This document shows positions 36,352-46,200 of a stretch of 56,762 nt of DNA, one piece after another. The number at the start of each line of letters is the position of its first letter. Within the stretch, counting starts at the first letter, position 1. The notes below the pieces were generated by a model that did not search any database, was not told where the DNA came from, and saw only the letters and a program-made list of their open reading frames with translations. Source of the DNA: an uncultured virus (IMG/VR IMGVR_UViG_3300042343_001623) (Duplodnaviria; Heunggongvirae; Uroviricota; Caudoviricetes); IMG/VR virus record IMGVR_UViG_3300042343_001623, one strand, 5' to 3'. The position numbers and the translations under genes are program-made.

Positions 36352-39300
36352 ATGTCAAAAAGTTTTAGAATAAGAACCGAAGTAGGAGTTGACCAACAGA
36401 TTCAACTTGAACTCAACCAAGATTTTGATTATTTAGAAATACTTTCTTTAAAATTAAGACAAAGTGATGTCTATGACCGCAATTGCTCCGATTACGGAGT
36501 GATTGCAGGTAGGGTTATTGTAAACAAAGGGTATGGTATACCAAATGCAAGAGTTTCAGTTTTCATTCCATTATCAGACGTTGATTCCCTGAATCCTTTA
36601 ATATCAACATTATATCCATATAGAGATTTATCTACTAAAAACGAAGACGGATTTAGATATAATCTATTACCTTACGAACCAAGTTATCCTGGACATGCGG
36701 CAACTGGTACATTTCCATCGGCAAATGATGTTTTGACGAGGTCCGAGGTTATTGAAGTATATGACAATTATTATAAATTCACAACCAAAACCAATGAAAG
36801 TGGTGACTTTATGATTGTCGGAGTACCTGTGGGTGAAGTTGCTTTAAATGTGGATTTGGACTTATCGGATATGGGTTGTTTTTCTTTATCACCATCCGAT
36901 TTGATAAGAATCGGAAGAGCATCTGAAGGTCAGTTTGAGGGGGGTAGATTCAAAAGTTCAACAGATTTAGAAAGTTTACCGCAAATTGTGAACTTTGTAA
37001 GAAGTGTAAATGTAAGTCCATTTTGGGGAAACAACGAAATATGTCAAATAGGTATTGCTCGAGCAGATTTTGATCTGAGAGATTTAGGAATTACCATAAC
37101 ACCACAGGCTGTGTTTATGGGATCAACATTCTCTTCATCCAACAGGGATTATATTCAAGATCAATCATCAAGATCTACAAGTTGTAAAATAAAACCAAAG
37201 TTGGGTGATTTATGTGGGAGTCAAACATCACCAGGAAGAATTTTATCAATTAGACAAACGGAGGGGGTGGACGAAAACGGAGATCCCGTTCTAGAACAAT
37301 TTAACTTGGAAAATGGTGGACGAGTAATCAATGAGGATGGATCATGGTTGGTTGAAGTCCCCATGAATTTGAATTATGTAACAACAAACGAATTCGGAGA
37401 ACAGATATTATCTAACGATCCAAGCGTTGGAATTCCAACCGAAGGAAAATACCGTTTCAAAATAGAATATGATACAAATCAGAAATTTAATGATGTTCTT
37501 CAAAGGGCCGACTTTTTAGTTCCGAATATACGTGAATATGGGTGGGATGAGGAGGGTAGAGTAGATCCCGCATTTCTGAGTGAGAATACAACACAAAATC
37601 AACAGTTCCAAAAGTCTTATGCTTTTAGTTTGAATTGGTCTGATTATGTCGACAAAAATGTGGCAATAAGTTGTCAAGATTATTTTTACAACATGGTGTA
37701 TAACAAAGTATACACAGTAAGTAATTTAATAGATCAATATAAATCGGCGAATGTGAAAGACAAATTCACAGGGATTAAAAAAATATTAGACAGAACATGT
37801 GAAGCGGAGGTCAACAAATTTCCAACAAATGATGGTCACAAAGATTTTGATTTTTTGTTTTTCTTATTACAAATACTACTTTATATCCTCACGCCTATTG
37901 CTTGGATAGTAATTGTAATTGGACACTTGATTTTATCAGCATTGGCTTTTTTATGTCGTATTATTTGTAGAATCAGAAATAGTAGTCTACAAAATACTTT
38001 CAATATTGGATGTCCAGGTTTTTGTTCTGGTTGTGGTAATGAGAACTGTGAGTTTGTTTCTCCTTTGATTATATCATTACCTATGATAACTTATCCTGAT
38101 TGTACAACTTGTGAATGTCAGGCGGAACAGGGTGATGCACTACCAATCCCTGGAGATGAGGCTCAGATTACCCAACAAAACGATTTGGGGACATCACTAA
38201 TTGTTAATTTGAACTCATCTGAGTTTTATAATAATAGTGAAATTATTGATGAACAATTTTCTAATGCCGAGTTTGATTTGACTGATGATTGCGGTGATAT
38301 AGAAATTGATTCTTCAGTTGTGTCATGGTATGTTCCGGTTGGAAGTCAAACCATTACAGTTACTGGTGACGACATGTCTCCAATAGATCAAGAAATATTT
38401 AGAGAAATTGTGCAAGATCTTTTGGCGGGATCAACTGTTGGTAATATCAATGCTAGAGTACCTCGAACTTATAGAATTCTAAAAATTAGCGATGGTATAA
38501 ATTATATTGATATTGCTGGTGAACAAAAAGTTAAAATAACACATAATAATATAATTTGGTCGGACGGTGTAACTTTAGCTCAAAAACTTAATAACTTTGC
38601 AAGTAGACAACTTTATTTCGATGGTCAAAACCTTATTAAAATAGAAGTCAATAAATCACAATATCCAAGTGATCCGATTTTTGACTATATAGTTCCAATT
38701 TTAATTGAACCAAATTCTGAAATTATACAAGGTAGTCTTCTTACTTTTCAAGATCCAACTCAATCTGAAGATCCAAATGTTGGAGAAACAGAATTTGTAA
38801 ATACGTGGGGAAGTGGACTGTTGAAAACAGTGACTTATGCGAATTACGATGATATAAATAATTCTTCATCATCGGCAAACATTTATATAAATGTACCCAA
38901 TGAACCATATAAGATTGAATACCCTACTGATATTGAATATTTTCAAGTCATAAAAAAATTCAAAATTTCAGAACTTATTGATATTTCGAATTCGGTAGGG
39001 GGAAATAATGTTGTATTAAAAAATTTCATACAAGAATACTTACTTCATACTCAAGAAATTTCCTTAAAATCCTATAGAGAATTTAATGGAGATGATTACC
39101 AACCGGATGATAATCAAGTGGCTGATGGATATAATACTGTAATTAATTATTTAAATGATAATTATCAATGTAATTGTATTAGAACATTTGAGTTTAAACC
39201 TATTGAATGTCATACTAATTATCAAAATTTAGAAGTTGCGTTTTTAGTTAGAGGTGTCGACCCTCATACTCCAGCACAAGAAATAACGTATGATCTCTCA

Positions 39301-41679
39301 AGAATTTTCGGTTATGATGGGTGGGGACTGGAAGGTGCTGTTGTTACGGGTCAATATAAATTGAATATACCAATTCAAAGTACACCGGATTATCTATTAG
39401 CAGAAACAAATGACTATTATACCACCGCGGTAAATCACAATTTCAATAATAACTTTACTAATAGTCCTTCAAATCAATTATTTTATAATTCTTACTTAAG
39501 ATTATCTGATCAAAACACTGGTAAATCTGGGCAACCGGATACACAGAATTTTTTAAGTTTCGAAAGTGATTTCTATAAATTTTATATAGATACGGGCCGT
39601 ATTACCGAGCACTTTGTTTTTCTAGGAGATGATTTCAATATCGATAGTAATGACATAATATATCAATGGTCAATTCAACAACCAGGTTATAATTCGCTAG
39701 GTGGTTATCTTCAATATCCTGTTGATACAAGCGCACCCACACTTCCAAATCAGTACGATGATTATTTTACTTTCGAAACAGAAGGTGGTATTACTCCCAC
39801 AAACAATGGGACTTTGTGGAATAATGTGGAAGGATTGCCCTACATGACTTCGAGACTTGCGATTATACCCGATTTTTATGCTGAGGACTTTCAATTTTAT
39901 ACCAATGAATCCTGTAAGAGAAACAATGGTGAATACACACCATTAGAACTATCAAACTCCAAAAACAGAGTTCCCCGACCAGGAAACGGGAGATTGATGT
40001 CATATACATATAAATTGTATAATGATTTACCAAACTTACAATACAACAATAAGAATGGTATGGTATTTCGATCTGACAGACTTCCGGCTTCTACAAATGA
40101 ACAAGGATCACTCTTCCAAGGAGATGGATCAACCCCAACAAATATTCAAAACCTCGGTTTAGAGTCTGAGGTCTCTGATAATAGGTTTGCTCTCCATCAA
40201 AATACCGACTTTTATATTGGAACTTATGGTAGTACAACATTTGGAACCTTAACAACACAACCAAGTCAATTGACAGGTGTTTATACAGTCGCTGGTAATA
40301 TAGGTACTGCGGGGGATACTGGTAATTATGAAGATTCGGTTGAAGAATATGATAGTGCTAATGACCCTGCTTGGTCTGGTATTACTGAAATTCTACAATC
40401 ATTCCAATGCGGAGGAATGACTGAATTGGATTGTTATTATATTGATGAAAATAATGATATTCAGATTAGTAATGTAGTAGATACACCTGAAGGATGTAAC
40501 CCCGATGAAGTTCAGAATGGTTGTTACAGAATATTCAACGAAATTCCAGGAATTGTTGACGACATTTCAAATTTCAATGAATGGAGAAATAGATTTTTAA
40601 TATCTTTTGCTCTTTGTCGTGATGTTTTTTCATTTGATTTTATAAATAATTGGGTCAACGGAACCTTGTTTATGCCCACCTTTCAAATGAATACATTTTA
40701 TGATTCTGATAATCAACCCTATTATTCATATTGTAAGGATCTGATTGCTTTCAATGAACAGACAAATAGTTTTTATTATAGATCATCCCCTTGGTCGGTA
40801 CAAGAAAATCAATTCGGTGGTACTTTTGTTGGAAAACCAGGTCCTAAAAAACCATCTTCAATCGATTTATATCAAGGTGCAAATACAAAACAATTGGGTA
40901 GACCAACAACAATCATGGACTTAGGACCCAAGGATCAATTTACAAAATTTGTTTGTTATTCGGAAACTTTCGAAGGTTATAATATTAATAATTTAAAATC
41001 AACAAGTTTTAATCCATTGGAGGACTTAATTAATTTTTATGTCATATCAAGATTATTGAGTGTTAATGCATTTGCAAATATAGATCAGTTTTTCTCAAGA
41101 CCCGATAAAAGATTGGATGGGGATTTTTCTCAATTGGTTTCTTATCAATCGGAATTTGGTATTTTACCATTTTTAGGGTTGAATTATAATTATGATTCAA
41201 TCTCTTTCGAGAGACAATTTGGTAATTCTGATTTTCTTTTCGCGGTAATGTTTACCGCCGATACTGAAACAAGAAAAGTTGTTAGTCCAGGTATTTTACC
41301 ATACATTAATTTTGGATATCCTCACACACAACACGTTCCATTTTATAAATGGAGAAGATTCTTTGGAACCCCTTATACCTCAGATACTTGGTTTGGTTCT
41401 GAAGGAAACAACTGGATTACTCAATATCCTTTCTTGTCGAATGGATATCAAAATTCAGATTTCACAAATGCAAACTCAGACTATTTCAATCAACAACTTG
41501 GAGCTGGTCTATTTGCACTATATGATGAAAATGGTACTCCAAGATTTGATGTTAATTCATTGCAATTAATCTCAGAACCTTATGATAAAAATCTAATCGG
41601 GGCTCCATTTCATTTTTATTTTGGTACGAAGGTCGGAAATTCAGCTTTGGATTTATTTATTAAGAAATACGGGAATTGA
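36352..41679 (+). CDS. Large putative structural protein with an internal hydrophobic segment and Cys-rich cluster
   Basis: 1775-aa ORF in the baseplate block; N-terminal GRV....G.GIPNARVSVF and TNESGDFMI.GVP.G (prealbumin/carboxypeptidase-regulatory-like beta sandwich); 34-aa hydrophobic stretch. Confidence 0.6.
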   Translation: MSKSFRIRTEVGVDQQIQLELNQDFDYLEILSLKLRQSDVYDRNCSDYGVIAGRVIVNKGYGIPNARVSVFIPLSDVDSLNPLISTLYPYRDLSTKNEDGFRYNLLPYEPSYPGHAATGTFPSANDVLTRSEVIEVYDNYYKFTTKTNESGDFMIVGVPVGEVALNVDLDLSDMGCFSLSPSDLIRIGRASEGQFEGGRFKSSTDLESLPQIVNFVRSVNVSPFWGNNEICQIGIARADFDLRDLGITITPQAVFMGSTFSSSNRDYIQDQSSRSTSCKIKPKLGDLCGSQTSPGRILSIRQTEGVDENGDPVLEQFNLENGGRVINEDGSWLVEVPMNLNYVTTNEFGEQILSNDPSVGIPTEGKYRFKIEYDTNQKFNDVLQRADFLVPNIREYGWDEEGRVDPAFLSENTTQNQQFQKSYAFSLNWSDYVDKNVAISCQDYFYNMVYNKVYTVSNLIDQYKSANVKDKFTGIKKILDRTCEAEVNKFPTNDGHKDFDFLFFLLQILLYILTPIAWIVIVIGHLILSALAFLCRIICRIRNSSLQNTFNIGCPGFCSGCGNENCEFVSPLIISLPMITYPDCTTCECQAEQGDALPIPGDEAQITQQNDLGTSLIVNLNSSEFYNNSEIIDEQFSNAEFDLTDDCGDIEIDSSVVSWYVPVGSQTITVTGDDMSPIDQEIFREIVQDLLAGSTVGNINARVPRTYRILKISDGINYIDIAGEQKVKITHNNIIWSDGVTLAQKLNNFASRQLYFDGQNLIKIEVNKSQYPSDPIFDYIVPILIEPNSEIIQGSLLTFQDPTQSEDPNVGETEFVNTWGSGLLKTVTYANYDDINNSSSSANIYINVPNEPYKIEYPTDIEYFQVIKKFKISELIDISNSVGGNNVVLKNFIQEYLLHTQEISLKSYREFNGDDYQPDDNQVADGYNTVINYLNDNYQCNCIRTFEFKPIECHTNYQNLEVAFLVRGVDPHTPAQEITYDLSRIFGYDGWGLEGAVVTGQYKLNIPIQSTPDYLLAETNDYYTTAVNHNFNNNFTNSPSNQLFYNSYLRLSDQNTGKSGQPDTQNFLSFESDFYKFYIDTGRITEHFVFLGDDFNIDSNDIIYQWSIQQPGYNSLGGYLQYPVDTSAPTLPNQYDDYFTFETEGGITPTNNGTLWNNVEGLPYMTSRLAIIPDFYAEDFQFYTNESCKRNNGEYTPLELSNSKNRVPRPGNGRLMSYTYKLYNDLPNLQYNNKNGMVFRSDRLPASTNEQGSLFQGDGSTPTNIQNLGLESEVSDNRFALHQNTDFYIGTYGSTTFGTLTTQPSQLTGVYTVAGNIGTAGDTGNYEDSVEEYDSANDPAWSGITEILQSFQCGGMTELDCYYIDENNDIQISNVVDTPEGCNPDEVQNGCYRIFNEIPGIVDDISNFNEWRNRFLISFALCRDVFSFDFINNWVNGTLFMPTFQMNTFYDSDNQPYYSYCKDLIAFNEQTNSFYYRSSPWSVQENQFGGTFVGKPGPKKPSSIDLYQGANTKQLGRPTTIMDLGPKDQFTKFVCYSETFEGYNINNLKSTSFNPLEDLINFYVISRLLSVNAFANIDQFFSRPDKRLDGDFSQLVSYQSEFGILPFLGLNYNYDSISFERQFGNSDFLFAVMFTADTETRKVVSPGILPYINFGYPHTQHVPFYKWRRFFGTPYTSDTWFGSEGNNWITQYPFLSNGYQNSDFTNANSDYFNQQLGAGLFALYDENGTPRFDVNSLQLISEPYDKNLIGAPFHFYFGTKVGNSALDLFIKKYGN

Positions 41680-43421
41680 ATACTTACGATAACATATCAA
41701 TTGTTCCACCCAACTTCCAATTCATTGGGGGTATAAATGACGGATTGACCTATCCTTTGACTCTAAATCAGTCTTCTCGAAATTATGTTCAGGGTGATCA
41801 AAATCGTGTCTTAAGTTTACAAGATCAATACAATACGGAAAGAAATAAAAATTTGAAATTTAGAATATCATCTAAGTTTCAATTTATTATGGATAATAAT
41901 ATAAGCGGAACTACAAATTTCGATCAATTCAAAAATAATTTATATTATGTAAATCCTGAAAGTTCTGTTTTAGGTACTCAACCTTGGGGTGGTTATCCAC
42001 AATATTATGAATTTGATTTTTTCAGAAACGATACAAATAATTCTCATATAGATTATAAACCTGTTTCTGCATATTCGTATAATTGGTCTTTTGCTATTAC
42101 CTATCCTCACAAAAATGTGAATAGAAATATGTTTTGGGTTGATAATCAAGGTTTTGCTTTGAATTTTTTAGCTAATAATGGTATACCCTATAAAATCAGA
42201 AAAAGAAAAATTAAGGGAAAACCATTATTGGTTTTTGAATGTCCTGTACCTCATAATCTTTCTAAACTCAACTATGTTCTTCTTCCCGTAACCTTCAATG
42301 GTAAAAATATATTTCCAATTTATTCCCTTGGTGATGAAAATTTTGAGAGTGAAATATACAAATTCACAATTTATGACATTGGTTACGGATCGACTTTCAA
42401 TGAGGGTGATTTAGGTACATTTAAAAAAGTTATTGATCCCAAAAATGTAGAAGAAACTACCTCAATTTATTATTGCCGTGAACATAAAGTTTTGGTTACA
42501 AATGATGATATAAATGTGGTGAAAGCGGGTTTTGAGTTAAATGGTTTTAATCCCGAGAAAAAACTTGAATATGCGAGTTTAACACCAAATAATGAAAAAA
42601 GAATATCTATCAAAAATGCAACACAATCCTACTCTGTAATTTCAGATAAAGATATTGTCATTACGGGTTTGACCGACAATAACGGACTTCCTGTAACCAA
42701 GTTGTTTCATACTATTATTAATAAAGGATATGCGGGATATTTTAACAAACCAAAAATCCCAAATCAAAATAAAGGAGGGTTGAAAACAGGATGGGGTTTC
42801 AATATTACAAGTGGAGAAACAAATACTTGGTGGCAAGACACCAATTTGAATGCTGTTTTACCTCTCGATGTAGGATCTTATCAGCAATCCAATGGGTTGG
42901 GTGGTGGTAAAGCCGGAAAACAAGGAGATAATGGAGGGGGAGTTAGTTTTACTTTTTATTACAATAAACCACTGTCGAAAGACGACACTTTGGTTGGTGA
43001 CTTTTGTGAATTTAATAAGACAACACAAACTGAGTTTGTAATTTCTGAAAATTATCATAAGATAAATTTTAATCAATCTGTTTTTTCAACAGACATTAGA
43101 TCAGAAGGTTATTATTATAAACCTCACTATGAAATACCTGTGAGAAGTTTCTCAACGTATGTTGAAAATTTCAATGGTTCTACCGGTATAGATAATTTAC
43201 CGTATTGGGCTTATTACTCACAAAATTATAATAAATGGATTTGGAGAGATTTGTATGACCCTGGTTTTATTGATCAGGATGGAAATGGTGTGGATTACCC
43301 CTTCTCGAATAATGCAAACTATGTATTCAAAAATTTTATATTTAAATTAATCCCTGAAGGAAGTAAATATAAAAACTTCACTCAAATTATCTATCAACCA
43401 ATTTCAGATGATTGTCAATAA
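41676..43421 (+). CDS. Putative structural protein (TTG start overlapping the upstream TGA)
   Basis: 581-aa ORF, co-oriented and overlapping its neighbours; Asn/Tyr/Phe-rich. Confidence 0.65.
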   Translation: MNTYDNISIVPPNFQFIGGINDGLTYPLTLNQSSRNYVQGDQNRVLSLQDQYNTERNKNLKFRISSKFQFIMDNNISGTTNFDQFKNNLYYVNPESSVLGTQPWGGYPQYYEFDFFRNDTNNSHIDYKPVSAYSYNWSFAITYPHKNVNRNMFWVDNQGFALNFLANNGIPYKIRKRKIKGKPLLVFECPVPHNLSKLNYVLLPVTFNGKNIFPIYSLGDENFESEIYKFTIYDIGYGSTFNEGDLGTFKKVIDPKNVEETTSIYYCREHKVLVTNDDINVVKAGFELNGFNPEKKLEYASLTPNNEKRISIKNATQSYSVISDKDIVITGLTDNNGLPVTKLFHTIINKGYAGYFNKPKIPNQNKGGLKTGWGFNITSGETNTWWQDTNLNAVLPLDVGSYQQSNGLGGGKAGKQGDNGGGVSFTFYYNKPLSKDDTLVGDFCEFNKTTQTEFVISENYHKINFNQSVFSTDIRSEGYYYKPHYEIPVRSFSTYVENFNGSTGIDNLPYWAYYSQNYNKWIWRDLYDPGFIDQDGNGVDYPFSNNANYVFKNFIFKLIPEGSKYKNFTQIIYQPISDDCQ

Positions 43422-44211
43422 ATTTAAATTAGTAAGGGATAATATATCCAAAAAATTAACCATTCCTTTGGAGGTTAAGTTCGATCCTTATGGAAGACAA
43501 CAAATGTTGGAAACCTATACGGATGAAATAGTTCAGGAAATTATTAATCCGCCGGTTGATTATGAGGTTGCTCGATTTTCACATGAGCAGTATGCACTTT
43601 CTTTGACAAGCACTAACTATCAGTTTTATTTTTTTGATAATTCAGTTCCGATACAAAACGTAGGAAATAATTCAACATATTGGAAAAATACATATACAAC
43701 TGATTTTACCAATGACGAATTATATTATTATTCGAACGCTTTTACAAATTCTTTTTTCAAACTGGATCTTTATGACTCAAGAAACAAAGAAATACAAAAG
43801 GTTTACTTGACTCTCATATTACCCGTCCAACAAGGAAAGTTCGAACCTGTAACATTACAAAACGGTGACGAAGTAGAAATTAGAAAACCTAACTATCAAT
43901 TGGACTTTATTGGGGATAAGGAGGGATACTTTATTTATTGGTTAAAAGACGTTGAAGTGTTGGGTTTGACTGAATTTTACATGAGTGCAAAATTCTTTAA
44001 TGGTAAAACAGGTGAATTTGTTAGACTTATAAATAAACCTCAATCAACAATTGCTGGAAATAATTCTAACTTTAATCCCGAGGATTTTTTCTATTACAAA
44101 GTAAATTTGAATTACAATAATTTTACATACACATTATCTACGTTCAACAATCCATTTAGAGCCGGAACAACTATGAACCCAATTAAATTCTATGAGTACG
44201 TAAATTCATAA
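43408..44211 (+). CDS. Putative structural protein
   Basis: 267-aa ORF coupled to its neighbours. Confidence 0.65.
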   Translation: MIVNKFKLVRDNISKKLTIPLEVKFDPYGRQQMLETYTDEIVQEIINPPVDYEVARFSHEQYALSLTSTNYQFYFFDNSVPIQNVGNNSTYWKNTYTTDFTNDELYYYSNAFTNSFFKLDLYDSRNKEIQKVYLTLILPVQQGKFEPVTLQNGDEVEIRKPNYQLDFIGDKEGYFIYWLKDVEVLGLTEFYMSAKFFNGKTGEFVRLINKPQSTIAGNNSNFNPEDFFYYKVNLNYNNFTYTLSTFNNPFRAGTTMNPIKFYEYVNS

Positions 44212-45305
44212 TGTTCAGAAAAATAAAAATATCACCCGAAGTAATTAAACAAAAAGTTTTTGATGTCACCTATGATGGTGAACAAATAGGTTACTATTCG
44301 GGTATGACCGAAGTTCTTTCGGGTGGAATAAACGGAGCTTCTTACTATACCGGTATGACTGTTCCGATTTATTTAACAAAGAACTTAAAAGACTTGGGTT
44401 TTTATTCTGAATTTGATGGATTTATCCATCAAAAAGACGTATTAAATAACTTTGTGATGTATTTTTCAGGCAATCCTTATGTCTTGATTGTTAAAAATAC
44501 CTCCGATGCGAAGTTCAAAAGTTTCTTAAGGGATGCACCTTATATTATTGATTGGGGTGATGGAACCTCAACCGAAACATTTGTTTTTAATGAAACAACT
44601 GAATCCTTCGACGTTTTAAGTCATACTTATGCAACTACAAATTTTAAATATATTGTTAAGATTACTCAAGAAAATCAGTGGGGGACATCTATAGTTGAGA
44701 AGACGATACAGATACCCTATTATCCCGCCCCCGTTCCGAATCCTACAGGAACGATATATTTTGTTCCAAATTCAGGAAGCTGGTCGGGTATTCCGATAAA
44801 CGCACAATATATCTTCACTGAAGATTCAAACTTTAATGCGTCTTCAGAATTTTCATCGAATTTTGTGACAACACCATTTGTGATCTCAGGTGAAACAAAA
44901 TCAAGGATCAATGAACTCCGTAGATACGGAAGTAACAAATATCCTGTGGGGCAACCTTTGGTAAAAAACTCAGGTGTTTATGGTCAGATTAACTCTATAA
45001 ATCCACTTTATACTTCTTATACTATTGAAGGTGTGGATTACTACGATTACCCCAACGGACAGACGATATTCTTTATAAATTCGAATGGTTTTGATTCAAA
45101 TAATTTACAAACAACACTTGTAACTAAAGATGAAAGATTAATTGGGTTTGTAAGTCAACCGGAAATACAATCAAATGTATTTATTGAAAGAGATAAAGCT
45201 TCGGGATTGGAATCACTTGAAAGGCTCGGTGAAGTGGACAATCTTGGGGACTTATCCAAATACGGTTATAAATATTTTAAATTAAATAAGGATGGCATTA
45301 GGTAG
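44211..45305 (+). CDS. Putative structural protein with a PKD-like module
   Basis: IDWGDGT...SHTY....Y.V.I motif; TAATG coupling. Confidence 0.6.
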   Translation: MFRKIKISPEVIKQKVFDVTYDGEQIGYYSGMTEVLSGGINGASYYTGMTVPIYLTKNLKDLGFYSEFDGFIHQKDVLNNFVMYFSGNPYVLIVKNTSDAKFKSFLRDAPYIIDWGDGTSTETFVFNETTESFDVLSHTYATTNFKYIVKITQENQWGTSIVEKTIQIPYYPAPVPNPTGTIYFVPNSGSWSGIPINAQYIFTEDSNFNASSEFSSNFVTTPFVISGETKSRINELRRYGSNKYPVGQPLVKNSGVYGQINSINPLYTSYTIEGVDYYDYPNGQTIFFINSNGFDSNNLQTTLVTKDERLIGFVSQPEIQSNVFIERDKASGLESLERLGEVDNLGDLSKYGYKYFKLNKDGIR

Positions 45306-46200
45306 TTACGGTACAATAAGACCTTCGGATGTATCACCCGAAGATGTTGAGATCATTTTGTTATATACCGAATCAAGGGATGTAACAAATAATTTCACCT
45401 TAAAAAAGTTGAATGCACCTTCCATTCTAACTCCGTATTTTCACAATACAGTAACAGGGGGAAATCCAAATATTGAAGTAATTGGTGGACTTTATAATTT
45501 ACAACTTCCCGCCGAAGAGTTCAATGCTTTAGGTATTTACACCTTGGTTGTCCGTCCAATTGAAATAAGAACTTTGATCACCGATTGTGGTGTATTATCG
45601 GCATTACCAAATGTGAATGGTATTGTTATTGACTTAAATAATGTTCCACAACAATTCAGAAATAAGTTCATTAATCAAGGGTTGGTTGGATTTAGAGTTG
45701 AATATTTGAATAATGACGGAACAAAAATTCCGAACTTCTTTAGGATTGTAACTTCATCCTTTTTCTGTGAACCAGTTGTAACAAACCTTACAAATACATC
45801 AGAAAAAGCAATTCGTTATAGATATGTTGATGGTAGTTCAAACCTTATGTTTTTGACTCTTACACCATCGGCCGCACCTACGAACAAACCTTCCGCCGTT
45901 CCATTTATCGGACAGCCAAATCAAAGTATTATCATTACAAATACCTTCTTCGATCCTCAAACAATCGAAATAGAACTCGTTGAACACGACGCATCTACCT
46001 TGGCTCTTGCTCTTTACGGGAATCAGACCAAATCTATGGAGGATGGTATTTACACAATCTATGATTCTGACAATAACATTTACAAACAATACAACTTGTT
46101 TGAAATCAGAAACGAATTTAGTGAACTTCTTTATGAGGTTCGTCAAAATAGAGGTGACAATATTGATTTCAGTAAAAACTTTAACACAATTATTAGTTAA
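45292..46200 (+). CDS. Putative baseplate/structural protein
   Basis: 302-aa ORF coupled to its neighbours in the baseplate operon. Confidence 0.6.
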   Translation: MALGSYGTIRPSDVSPEDVEIILLYTESRDVTNNFTLKKLNAPSILTPYFHNTVTGGNPNIEVIGGLYNLQLPAEEFNALGIYTLVVRPIEIRTLITDCGVLSALPNVNGIVIDLNNVPQQFRNKFINQGLVGFRVEYLNNDGTKIPNFFRIVTSSFFCEPVVTNLTNTSEKAIRYRYVDGSSNLMFLTLTPSAAPTNKPSAVPFIGQPNQSIIITNTFFDPQTIEIELVEHDASTLALALYGNQTKSMEDGIYTIYDSDNNIYKQYNLFEIRNEFSELLYEVRQNRGDNIDFSKNFNTIIS

